This document shows positions 17,384 to 25,864 of a stretch of 28,524 bases of DNA, piece after piece (the stretch's first letter is position 1; every line of letters begins with the position of its first letter). The stretch spans positions 1-28,524 of the forward strand of contig JALNVJ010000001.1 in NCBI GenBank assembly GCA_023227645.1. The letters are read 5' to 3'. The notes beneath the pieces were generated by a model, which saw nothing but the letters and a program-made list of their open reading frames with translations, was not told the DNA's origin and ran no database searches. This DNA is from Bacteroidales bacterium (GTDB lineage: Bacteria > Bacteroidota > Bacteroidia > Bacteroidales > P3). The translations under genes and the position numbers were made by a program.

Positions 17384-17662
17384 ATGGCAATAATTAATGT
17401 AAAACCTTTAGCTGATAGAGTTTTGGTAAAACCTGCAGAAGTAGAAACAAAAACAGCAGCAGGAATCATTATACATGACACAGCAAAAGAAAAACCTGTA
17501 AAAGGGGAAGTAGTTGCAATTGGTCAAGGGAAAAAAGATGAACCAATTACAGTTAAAGTTGGAGATTTAGTTCTTTATGGAAAATACTCAGGAACGGAAA
17601 TTAACATTGAAGGAGAAGACTATTTGATTATGAGAGAAAGCGATATTTACGCTATCCTTTAA
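17384..17662 (+). CDS. groES: Co-chaperonin GroES
   Basis: [53 protein letters not shown]. Confidence 0.98.
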   Translation: MAIINVKPLADRVLVKPAEVETKTAAGIIIHDTAKEKPVKGEVVAIGQGKKDEPITVKVGDLVLYGKYSGTEINIEGEDYLIMRESDIYAIL

Positions 17663-17705
17663 TCTAAAAACAAAGATATTTATTAATATAAAAACATAAA
17701 ACACT

Positions 17706-19340
17706 ATGGCAAAAGATATTTTATATAATGTTGAGGCACGCGAACAATTACGTTTGGGAGTTGATGCTTTAGCAAATGCAGTAAAGGTAACGTTAGGTCC
17801 TAAAGGAAGAAACGTTTTGATTGATAAGAAATTTGGTGCTCCACATATCACAAAAGACGGAGTAACTGTTGCAAAAGAAATTGAATTAGTTGATCCAATA
17901 CAAAATATGGGAGCTCAATTAGTTAAAGAAGTTGCATCAAAAACAGCTGACCAAGCAGGAGATGGTACAACAACAGCAACGGTTCTTGCACAAGCAATTG
18001 TTAACGCAGGAATAAAGAATGTTACGGCAGGTGCTAATCCAATGGACCTTAAACGTGGTATTGATAAAGCTGTTAGAACAGTAATAGAAGATTTAAAAAA
18101 ACAATCACGTTCAATTGGTGATGCTAAAGAAAAAATTGAACAAGTTGCAACAGTTTCAGCTAATAACGATTCTTTTATTGGCAAAAAAATTGCTGAGGCA
18201 ATGGATAGAGTGAAGAAAGAAGGAGTTATTACTATTGAAGAAGCAAAAGGCGTTGAAACAGAAGTTAAAATTGTTGAAGGGATGCAGTTTGATAGAGGAT
18301 ACCTTTCTCCATACTTCGTTACAGATACAGAAAAGATGGAAGTTGTTTACGAAAATCCATTTATCTTAATCTACGACAAGAAGATTTCTAATATGAAGGA
18401 ATTTCTTCCTGTTCTTGAAAAAGTTGTTCAAACAGGACGTCCATTATTAATTATCGCAGAAGATTTAGATGGAGAAGCAATAGCAACATTAATTGTTAAC
18501 CGTTTGAGAGGAAACTTAAAAATAGTTGCAGTTAAGGCTCCTGGATTTGGAGATAGAAGGAAAGAAATGCTTGAAGACATTGCAATCCTAACAGGTGGAG
18601 TTGTTATATCTGAAGAAAAAGGATATAAATTGGAAGATGCATCTCTTGAAATGCTAGGTTCTGCAGACAAAGTTACAATTGACAAAGACAATACAACAAT
18701 TGTGTCAGGTCATGGTGAAAAACCAATGATTGAATCAAGAGTTAATCAATTGAAATCTCAAATTGAAAAAACAACATCAGACTACGATAGAGAAAAACTA
18801 CAAGAACGTTTAGCAAAACTTGCAGGTGGAGTTGCCGTAATTTATGTTGGAGCAGCATCAGAAGTTGAGATGAAAGAAAAGAAAGACCGTTTTGATGACG
18901 CCCTACATGCAACAAGAGCTGCAATTGAAGAAGGAATCATACCTGGAGGCGGAATTGGATACATACGTGCAATTAAATCACTAGAAAGTTTAGAAGGAGA
19001 TAATGAAGACGAAAAAACAGGAATTCAAATAATCCGTCGTGCATTAGAAGAACCACTTCGTCAAATTGTTGAAAATGCAGGCTTAGAAGGAAGCGTTATT
19101 GTAAATAAAGTTAAAGAACTAACAGGCGATAATGGTTTCAATGCAAGAACAGAAATATATGAAGACCTACATAAATCAGGAGTAATAGACCCTACAAAGG
19201 TTGCACGTATTGCACTTGAAAATGCAGCTTCAATAGCAAGTATGATTCTAACTACAGAATGCGTACTTTCAGAAATTAAAGAAGAAATGCCACAAATGCC
19301 ACAATCACCAGGAATGGGTGGTATGGGTGGAATGTACTAA
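17706..19340 (+). CDS. groEL: Chaperonin GroEL
   Basis: [62 protein letters not shown] tail. Confidence 0.99.
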   Translation: MAKDILYNVEAREQLRLGVDALANAVKVTLGPKGRNVLIDKKFGAPHITKDGVTVAKEIELVDPIQNMGAQLVKEVASKTADQAGDGTTTATVLAQAIVNAGIKNVTAGANPMDLKRGIDKAVRTVIEDLKKQSRSIGDAKEKIEQVATVSANNDSFIGKKIAEAMDRVKKEGVITIEEAKGVETEVKIVEGMQFDRGYLSPYFVTDTEKMEVVYENPFILIYDKKISNMKEFLPVLEKVVQTGRPLLIIAEDLDGEAIATLIVNRLRGNLKIVAVKAPGFGDRRKEMLEDIAILTGGVVISEEKGYKLEDASLEMLGSADKVTIDKDNTTIVSGHGEKPMIESRVNQLKSQIEKTTSDYDREKLQERLAKLAGGVAVIYVGAASEVEMKEKKDRFDDALHATRAAIEEGIIPGGGIGYIRAIKSLESLEGDNEDEKTGIQIIRRALEEPLRQIVENAGLEGSVIVNKVKELTGDNGFNARTEIYEDLHKSGVIDPTKVARIALENAASIASMILTTECVLSEIKEEMPQMPQSPGMGGMGGMY

Positions 19341-19362
19341 TAAATAATTTTCTCATTAAATT

Positions 19363-19391
19363 AGCCTCCTTACTAAAGGGAGGCTTTTTTT
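19363..19391 (+). terminator. Intrinsic terminator after groEL
   Basis: AGCCTCCTT / AGGGAGGCT stem (one G-U pair) followed by a T-run. Confidence 0.85.
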
Positions 19392-19413
19392 ATTTTAAAT
19401 AAAGAAAAAGTAA

Positions 19414-19423
19414 TATCTTTGCA
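19414..19423 (+). promoter_or_regulatory. -7 box upstream of the DUF4293 gene
   Basis: TATCTTTGCA, 38 nt upstream of the ATG. Confidence 0.65.
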
Positions 19424-19461
19424 CCAAAGAAAATATATAAAAATTTAAAAATACATACGAT

Positions 19462-19959
19462 ATGATACAAAGAATTCAAACATTATGGCTAGCATTTGTT
19501 ATATTAATAACAGTTGCAACATTCTTCTTCCCAATTGTTGATTTTAACTTCAGTTTCAAATCAATGGATACTATTCAACATTATGGACTACTACAACCAG
19601 AATCAAGCCCAAATAGCCTTCAATTTATTCAAACAACTCCAGCTTGGAGTTTAATTTTTATGCAAATTGGAGTATCTCTAATTGCTCTAATCGCAATATT
19701 TTTATATAATAACCGTCAATTACAAGTAAAGCTAGTGGCTAGTGGTTTATTATTAGTAACCATTTATGTAGCTTTCTTATTATTTATTAAGATCGATGGA
19801 TTAGAAAAAGCAATTGCTCATCTATACACTACTCCTATTGTAAACTATAATAGAATTTCAATATCTTTCCCTATCCTCCAACTTTTATTATTTATTTTAG
19901 CTCAAAGAGCAATAAGAAAAGATGAAAGAATAGTTCGTTCTTCTGATAGATTAAGATAA
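19462..19959 (+). CDS. DUF4293 family membrane protein
   Basis: MIQRIQTLWL start, IFLYNNRQLQ, C-terminal AIRKDERIVRSSDRLR. Confidence 0.88.
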   Translation: MIQRIQTLWLAFVILITVATFFFPIVDFNFSFKSMDTIQHYGLLQPESSPNSLQFIQTTPAWSLIFMQIGVSLIALIAIFLYNNRQLQVKLVASGLLLVTIYVAFLLFIKIDGLEKAIAHLYTTPIVNYNRISISFPILQLLLFILAQRAIRKDERIVRSSDRLR

Positions 19960-19963
19960 CAAA

Positions 19964-20794
19964 TTAGAAAGTATAGCATTTTGCTTTATAAGGAATTTTT
20001 GATGTGAGGGTGAATCCGAAGAATTGATACCAATCATTTCTTTCTGGATTCCCACGCATTGAACCTGCAGGGTTATAAACATTATCTTGTATTTCATTTG
20101 TACGATCTGCAGCAGAAGCACCAAGTTCTCCACTCCAATCTAAAAGAATTGATCTATCAACATAGTTGGTACTTATATCATCAATATAATCGGTAAATGT
20201 CATTCTCAAACCCCATTCTAAGCCTATAGAGATAAACTTAGTTACACTAAACTTTAGACCTAGTCCAAAAGGAATAGATATTTGAGTTAGAGAATAAGGA
20301 GATTCATATCCTTCCATTCCCTGTCCTTCGGTTGCAAGTGGTTGTAGCTCCACCCATTCTGTTTTATTAGTAATTCTGTTTTCAATTAAGGTTTTGGGAT
20401 TCATAAAAAACACTCCTATCCCTCCAAATAAGTATGGAGTTACCCTATGTTTTTTACTTCCTGTTTGGTAATCGAAAAAGTTAAACTCACAAGTTGCTGA
20501 AATTTCATTTATTTTTGATTCAAAGCTAAGGTTTCGAATATTATCAAAATCTACATCATAAGCCTTAACAGACCCAAAAAGAAAGTTCCCTCTAATAACC
20601 CAACGAGGATTAATATTATACCTATAGATTGCCCCTACCATCAAATTTGTATTATAAAAATTAAACTTAGGATTAATGTCGCCAATATAATTCCCACCCC
20701 CAACAATTATTCCGAACTCCGATTTATTGATAAATTGTGCATTTGCGTTGTAAGACAATAGGCTTAACAGGGCTATAATTATATATTTCTTCAT
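19964..20794 (-). CDS. DUF6089-like outer-membrane beta-barrel protein (PorG-like)
   Basis: Signal peptide ANA|Q; EFGIIVGGGNYIGDIN, YRYNINPR, EFNFF, TPYLFGGIG, SIPFGLGLK, LEWGLRMTFTDYIDD, NPERNDWYQFFG. Confidence 0.75.
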   Translation of the reverse strand: MKKYIIIALLSLLSYNANAQFINKSEFGIIVGGGNYIGDINPKFNFYNTNLMVGAIYRYNINPRWVIRGNFLFGSVKAYDVDFDNIRNLSFESKINEISATCEFNFFDYQTGSKKHRVTPYLFGGIGVFFMNPKTLIENRITNKTEWVELQPLATEGQGMEGYESPYSLTQISIPFGLGLKFSVTKFISIGLEWGLRMTFTDYIDDISTNYVDRSILLDWSGELGASAADRTNEIQDNVYNPAGSMRGNPERNDWYQFFGFTLTSKIPYKAKCYTF

Positions 20795-20812
20795 TTCTCT
20801 TTTTTAATTTGA

Positions 20813-20822
20813 TGCAAAAGTA
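20813..20822 (-). promoter_or_regulatory. -7 box upstream of the DUF6089-like gene
   Basis: TACTTTTGCA on the minus strand, 18 nt upstream of the ATG. Confidence 0.6.
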
Positions 20823-20845
20823 ATAAAATTAATTCAAACTAAGCT

Positions 20846-21343
20846 CTATGAATGTTTCTCGTATTCTAAAATCTCTAAATCCTTTGGCTTACCGTCCTCA
20901 ACATTAAACCGAATCATGGTACAAACTTGATGAAAACCATAATTACCTGAGGCGCCTGGGTTCATATGAAGGAGATTTAGCTCTTGGTCGAAAATAACTT
21001 TAAGTATATGACTATGACCTGAAATAAAGATATTTGGCTTTTCCATTTTAATCAATTCCTTTATCCCTTTTTCGTAGCGTTTAGGATAACCACCAATATG
21101 GGTCATCATTATTTTCACCCCCTCTATCTCAAAAGTTTCTACCTTCTTTATTTGGGAGTATAGTTCGTAACCATCAATGTTTCCATAAACTGCAATTGTT
21201 GGTTTAAAATGCTTCAATTCATCCAATATATCAGTGGAACCAATATCACCAGAATGTAATATAATATCAACATCTTTAAAAAAAGTATATACTTGTTTAG
21301 GGACCATGCCATGAGTGTCGGAGAGTAAGCCAATTCTTTTCAT
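20846..21343 (-). CDS. Metallophosphoesterase, YfcE/MJ0936 family
   Basis: LLSDTHG, HSGDIG, YGNID, THIGG, SGHSH, MNPGASG; ATG at 21343 preferred over TTG at 21349. Confidence 0.9.
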   Translation of the reverse strand: MKRIGLLSDTHGMVPKQVYTFFKDVDIILHSGDIGSTDILDELKHFKPTIAVYGNIDGYELYSQIKKVETFEIEGVKIMMTHIGGYPKRYEKGIKELIKMEKPNIFISGHSHILKVIFDQELNLLHMNPGASGNYGFHQVCTMIRFNVEDGKPKDLEILEYEKHS

Positions 21344-21457
21344 TATCAAATTTAATTACTATTTAAGACTTGCAAAGTAAAGCAAAATATTTAATTTACT
21401 TGATTATTATATTTCAATATCTAATTCTAATATTTTTTTTCTTTGTTTCAATCCAAC

Positions 21458-21516
21458 TACATTGGCAATATAACACAACTATGTTGGCAATATAACTGTT
21501 CTACATTGCCAACATA
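21458..21516. repeat. Three 15-bp quasi-palindromes TAYRTTG-N-CAAYATA at exact 22-nt period
   Basis: TACATTGGCAATATA 21458-21472, TATGTTGGCAATATA 21480-21494, TACATTGCCAACATA 21502-21516; 7-nt spacers. Confidence 0.85.
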
Positions 21517-21577
21517 CACTCTTTGAATCAAAGATTTAATAAATTCTTATTAAGATTTAGTAGATTAATACTTTGAT

Positions 21578-22210
21578 CTAATTCAATTCTTCTTTTATTT
21601 CGAGAATTGAAATCTCGATTGACTTTATTATATCTTCTTGCTGAAAGTCATAACCCTCTGCTTTAATTGAACTTACAAAATCTCTATGGGAACGCTTTTC
21701 TCTATAACCTGGTTCTTTGGAGGGGTGGGTTAAATATCTCTCAATTATCTCTACGTCTTCACTAATATTTAGTACTCCATGATAAAATATTGTCTTATTC
21801 TTAGTAAACATTGACGAGCCCATTATCTTTTTATTGCCTATGCTTAGATCGGATATTCCTTTGGATTCTAAATTCTTTATTCCTAATATACTAAGATTTT
21901 CAATTAGTTTGGAATTAATTAATTTAAATAATTTAAGGGGATTGGGAATCTTTTCATTCTTGTATTTAAAAGAAAAGATTAGCATATTTGGACTAAGAAT
22001 AACTGATTCTCCTCCCGATGGACGTTTTAGTGTAATAATACCATCTCGTTTTACATTTTCACAATTTATTGACTTGTCAATATTATTTGATCTCCCAAGT
22101 ACTATATAGGTATCGTCTGGTTTGCCAATATAGTAGTCGAAAGTCTTTTGAGATTCAAATATTGTGTAATCAGGTAAATTATATGAGTATAAGATAGGTT
22201 GAATTTTCAT
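21578..22210 (-). CDS. Lipoate-protein ligase family protein, catalytic domain only (about 210 aa)
   Basis: VLGRSN, KRPSGGESV, ISDLSIGNKKIMGSS, YHGVL; start moved to the ATG at 22210 (MKIQPI), 14 nt after the lpdA stop. Confidence 0.8.
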   Translation of the reverse strand: MKIQPILYSYNLPDYTIFESQKTFDYYIGKPDDTYIVLGRSNNIDKSINCENVKRDGIITLKRPSGGESVILSPNMLIFSFKYKNEKIPNPLKLFKLINSKLIENLSILGIKNLESKGISDLSIGNKKIMGSSMFTKNKTIFYHGVLNISEDVEIIERYLTHPSKEPGYREKRSHRDFVSSIKAEGYDFQQEDIIKSIEISILEIKEELN

Positions 22211-22223
22211 CTCATCTGGGCTA

Positions 22224-23576
22224 TTATTTATGTATTGCATGGTCAACGGCTTCAAATCCAGCTTCCATAAAGACTTCTGAAATTGTTGGATGAGTGTGAA
22301 CTGTTTTTGCAATATCATAAACTGTGGATTCAAGTTGCATATAGGCTGCGGCTTCGTTAATCATATCTGTTGCGTTATTTGCAATGATTTGAACTCCCAA
22401 AACTTCTCCATATTTGTTTTCAGAAAGTATTCTAATAAATCCTTCACCTGAGTTTTCAGTGATTGCCTTACCATTTGCTGAAAGAGGAAACTCACTAATC
22501 TTATAATCTACTCCCATTTCTTTTAGCTTTGACTCTGTTTGGCCTATTTGTGCTGCTTCTGGCTGAGAATACATATTCATAGGAATCTTACTAAGGTCTA
22601 TTTTCTCATTTACACCATTCAATCTATTAACTACAAATAGTCCTTCAGCAGATGCGATATGTGCAAAATGACTCTTACCATTCACATCTCCAATTGCATA
22701 AATGCCCTCAACAGATGTTTCAAAGTTTTCATCCACCTTAATATAGTCATTCTCTAGTTCAAATTCTATATCAGAAGATAAAGAGTTAGCTTTTCTATGA
22801 CGTGCATTAATAATGAGTCCACAAGGAATTTCCTCTCCGCCAACTCTTAACACTCCATCTTTATAATCATCCTTAATTGAAACATCTCCTTTATTATCAA
22901 AAAGCTTAATCCTATCCTTCTTAAGTTTTGCTTGCATATAATTGCTTAAATAAGTATCGGCAAGAGGCATAAAATTATCTTTTTCTAAAACCATACTTAC
23001 TTTTTTGCCCATAAGACTAAAAGCTTGGGTAAGCTCAATTGCAACGGGACCTTCTCCAACAATAATAATATTATCTGGTAATATCCTTGGTTTAAAGACA
23101 TCCATAGGTTCTATTACCAAGTTTTCAATCTCTGATTCTATCATAGGAGATGTTGAACCTATTGCGATAATTATATTCTTTGCGTTTATAGTTCTATTTT
23201 CAACCGAAACAGTGTTTTTATCTATAATCTTAGCTGAAGCATTAATTATTTCAGCTCCATTTTTCTTTAATAAAAATTCTATCCCTTGAGTTAGCTTCTT
23301 AACATTTTGATCTGCTCTTAGAACTGCTTTGTCCCAATTAAAGCTAAGTGCAGACTTATCAATCCCCTCCACTCCATATCTTAAGGCATCTTTTTGAATC
23401 TTATTATAAAGTTTAACACTTTCGAGTATGGATTTAGAAGGAATACAACCCCAATTAAGACACATCCCACCTATCCTATCCTTTTCAATAATTGCAATCT
23501 TCATTCCTAATTGAGCCGCTCTAATTGCTGCTACATATCCTGCAGGTCCTGATCCTATTATTATTAAATCATACAT
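22224..23576 (-). CDS. lpdA: Dihydrolipoamide dehydrogenase (E3) with atypical NAD-binding site
   Basis: GSGPAGY FAD motif, GGMCLNWGCIPSK redox disulfide, IYAIGDV, AHIASAEG, HTHPTISE. Confidence 0.92.
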   Translation of the reverse strand: MYDLIIIGSGPAGYVAAIRAAQLGMKIAIIEKDRIGGMCLNWGCIPSKSILESVKLYNKIQKDALRYGVEGIDKSALSFNWDKAVLRADQNVKKLTQGIEFLLKKNGAEIINASAKIIDKNTVSVENRTINAKNIIIAIGSTSPMIESEIENLVIEPMDVFKPRILPDNIIIVGEGPVAIELTQAFSLMGKKVSMVLEKDNFMPLADTYLSNYMQAKLKKDRIKLFDNKGDVSIKDDYKDGVLRVGGEEIPCGLIINARHRKANSLSSDIEFELENDYIKVDENFETSVEGIYAIGDVNGKSHFAHIASAEGLFVVNRLNGVNEKIDLSKIPMNMYSQPEAAQIGQTESKLKEMGVDYKISEFPLSANGKAITENSGEGFIRILSENKYGEVLGVQIIANNATDMINEAAAYMQLESTVYDIAKTVHTHPTISEVFMEAGFEAVDHAIHK

Positions 23577-23595
23577 ATATATTTCCTCCTTAACT

Positions 23596-24876
23596 TTAAT
23601 CTATTAATAAGCCAACTGGCTCTTGTAAATAACTCATTACTGTATTGAGAAATCTTGAGGTTTCTCCTCCATCAGCAATTCTATGGTCAACACTTAGAGA
23701 AAGAGGTAAGATTAGTCCAATATCTAATTTATCATCCTTAACTATTGGTTGTTTGCTAATTCTTCCTATTCCAAGTATTCCTGCTTGAGGATAATTAATC
23801 ACAGGTACTGCAAATAATCCTCCAATGCTTCCATAGCTTGTTATAGTAAAAGTACCATCTTTCATATCATCTAAGCTTAGCTTTCCATCTCTTGCTTTAT
23901 CGGCAAGGATTTGTATTTCCAAAGCTATTTCTTTTATGCTTAACTTATCAGCATTTCTAATTACTGGTACCACTAATCCCTTTTCTGTATCGGCAGCTAT
24001 ACCTATATTATAGTATTTCTTATACATCATTATTCCCTTTTCAATATCCATCTCTGCATTCAAAGATTTATGTTTTTTTAGGGCAAGTGCAACTGCTTTA
24101 ACAATAAATGAGAGATAAGTTATTCTGATATTCTCATCCTTAAAATAATCCTTATATTTCTTTCTTATCCTATCTAATTCAGAAATTTCCACTTCCTCAA
24201 AAACAGACATATGAGCTGCATTATGCTTACTCTGAATCATATTCTTAGCTATTGTCTTTCTGATTTGAGACATTTGTTCTATTTCTACTCTTTCTTCTAA
24301 GATATTGTCATTATTAGAAGACTTGGCTTGAGCTGGTTTTTGACTGCCTTCCTTAGAATAGTTTAAGATATCTTCTTTCATCACTCTTTGTGCGGGTCCA
24401 GTACCTCTAACCATATTGATATCAATTCCCAAATCCTTTGCCATTGCTCTAGCAACAGGGGTGGCAAGTGCTTTTCTTTCCTTTGTGTTTCTTTGAACTT
24501 CTCCACCTATTCCTTCTTTGCTTGCAGATAGAACAAAATCATTTGATGCAATTTCTAATGTTCCAACAACTCCTGCTCCTTCTTCCTCAACAGCTTCTAC
24601 CTTATTTTCTTGAGTTTCGTTTATCTCAACTTCAGAACCTTCTAATTCAATTTCAACAAGTGCAGATCCAACCTTAACAACTTCACCTTCCTTACCATAA
24701 CGTGCAGCAATTACTCCGTCTCGTGGGGATGGTATTTCGGTAACAACCTTATCAGTTTCCATAGTTACTAAGGATTCTCCCATCTTTATCTTCTGTCCTT
24801 TATCAACATGCCATTGTACAATTACACCTTCTTCAAGACCTTCTCCTATATCAGGAAATTTAAATATATATCTCAT
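23596..24876 (-). CDS. pdhC: Dihydrolipoamide acyltransferase (E2), single lipoyl domain
   Basis: METDKVVTEIPSP lipoyl Lys, ATPVARAMAKDLGID subunit-binding domain, GTFTITSYG, DHRIADG. Confidence 0.92.
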   Translation of the reverse strand: MRYIFKFPDIGEGLEEGVIVQWHVDKGQKIKMGESLVTMETDKVVTEIPSPRDGVIAARYGKEGEVVKVGSALVEIELEGSEVEINETQENKVEAVEEEGAGVVGTLEIASNDFVLSASKEGIGGEVQRNTKERKALATPVARAMAKDLGIDINMVRGTGPAQRVMKEDILNYSKEGSQKPAQAKSSNNDNILEERVEIEQMSQIRKTIAKNMIQSKHNAAHMSVFEEVEISELDRIRKKYKDYFKDENIRITYLSFIVKAVALALKKHKSLNAEMDIEKGIMMYKKYYNIGIAADTEKGLVVPVIRNADKLSIKEIALEIQILADKARDGKLSLDDMKDGTFTITSYGSIGGLFAVPVINYPQAGILGIGRISKQPIVKDDKLDIGLILPLSLSVDHRIADGGETSRFLNTVMSYLQEPVGLLID

Positions 24877-24881
24877 AATCC

Positions 24882-25859
24882 TTAGTATTTAACGTTTCTT
24901 TCTATTTCATAAAGTATTTTATACGCATCTTGCATATAGTGATGTTCTCCCTTTGGAAGAGGAACAATTATATCGTAACCAGAAACCCTTGCAGGTGGTG
25001 CTTCCAAATAAAGGAATGCTTCTTCAATTGCAATTTGAGAAATTTCAGCTCCAAGTCCAAAACTCTTTGGGCCTTCGGTTACTGTTAGGATTCGACCTGT
25101 CTTCTTAATTGAGTTTCTTATTGTTTCCCTATCAATTGGGTAAATACTCCTTAGGTCAATTAGCTCTACACTAATTCCCAATTCCTTTGCCATAACCATA
25201 GCTTTTTGAACCTCTCTAACCATTGCTCCAAATGTTACCACTGTTATATCTTTACCAGGACTAACAACATTAGCCTTACCAAGTTCTATTGTATATTTAC
25301 CTTCTTTTACCTCTTGCTTAATTGCCCTATAAATCCTCTTAGGTTCCATATATAGTATGGTGTCATTGCTTTCAATTGCTGAAATCAACATCCCTTTAGC
25401 ATCATGAGGAGTTGAGGGAGCTATAACTTTTAGTCCAGGTATATGACCAAATAATGCTTCCATACTTTCGCTATGATGTTCAAGAGCATTTATCCCACCT
25501 CCATAAGGCATTCTTATTACCATTGGAGTTTCTAATTTTCCTCTTGAACGATTTCTCATTCTAGAGGCATGACTTATAATTTGGTTCATTGCTGGATAGA
25601 CAAAACCACTAAACTGCATTTCAACAACAGGTCTTAATCCTGCTACAGACATTCCGATTGCGGTTCCTACAATTCCCGATTCTGCAAGTGGAGAGTCAAA
25701 CACTCTTTCTTTGCCATATTTCTTTTGGAGATTCTCAGTTACTCTAAATACTCCACCCTCTACACCTACGTCTTGACCAAAAACAATTACATTCTTATCT
25801 TCATTTAATTTTATATCTAGTGCGTCATTAATGGCACCAACCAAATTCATTATCTTCAT
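24882..25859 (-). CDS. pdhB: 2-oxoacid dehydrogenase E1 beta subunit
   Basis: GQDVG..GGVFR, DSPLAESGIVG, VVEMQF, RMPYGGG...EHHSES, IDLRSIYPID. Confidence 0.92.
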   Translation of the reverse strand: MKIMNLVGAINDALDIKLNEDKNVIVFGQDVGVEGGVFRVTENLQKKYGKERVFDSPLAESGIVGTAIGMSVAGLRPVVEMQFSGFVYPAMNQIISHASRMRNRSRGKLETPMVIRMPYGGGINALEHHSESMEALFGHIPGLKVIAPSTPHDAKGMLISAIESNDTILYMEPKRIYRAIKQEVKEGKYTIELGKANVVSPGKDITVVTFGAMVREVQKAMVMAKELGISVELIDLRSIYPIDRETIRNSIKKTGRILTVTEGPKSFGLGAEISQIAIEEAFLYLEAPPARVSGYDIIVPLPKGEHHYMQDAYKILYEIERNVKY

Positions 25860-25864
25860 CGTTC

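Noticed and set aside
17474-17476. GroES IIIPD reads IIIHD
   Set aside because: A single-base difference (CCT to CAT would explain it); cannot be distinguished from a sequencing error or neutral variant here.
21454-21519. CRISPR array interpretation of the 22-nt periodic repeat
   Set aside because: The 15-nt repeats and 7-nt spacers are far too short, and there are no cas genes.
22211-22333. N-terminal extension of the lipoyl ligase ORF to 251 aa
   Set aside because: It overlaps the lpdA 3-prime end by 110 nt; the ATG at 22210 fits operon spacing.
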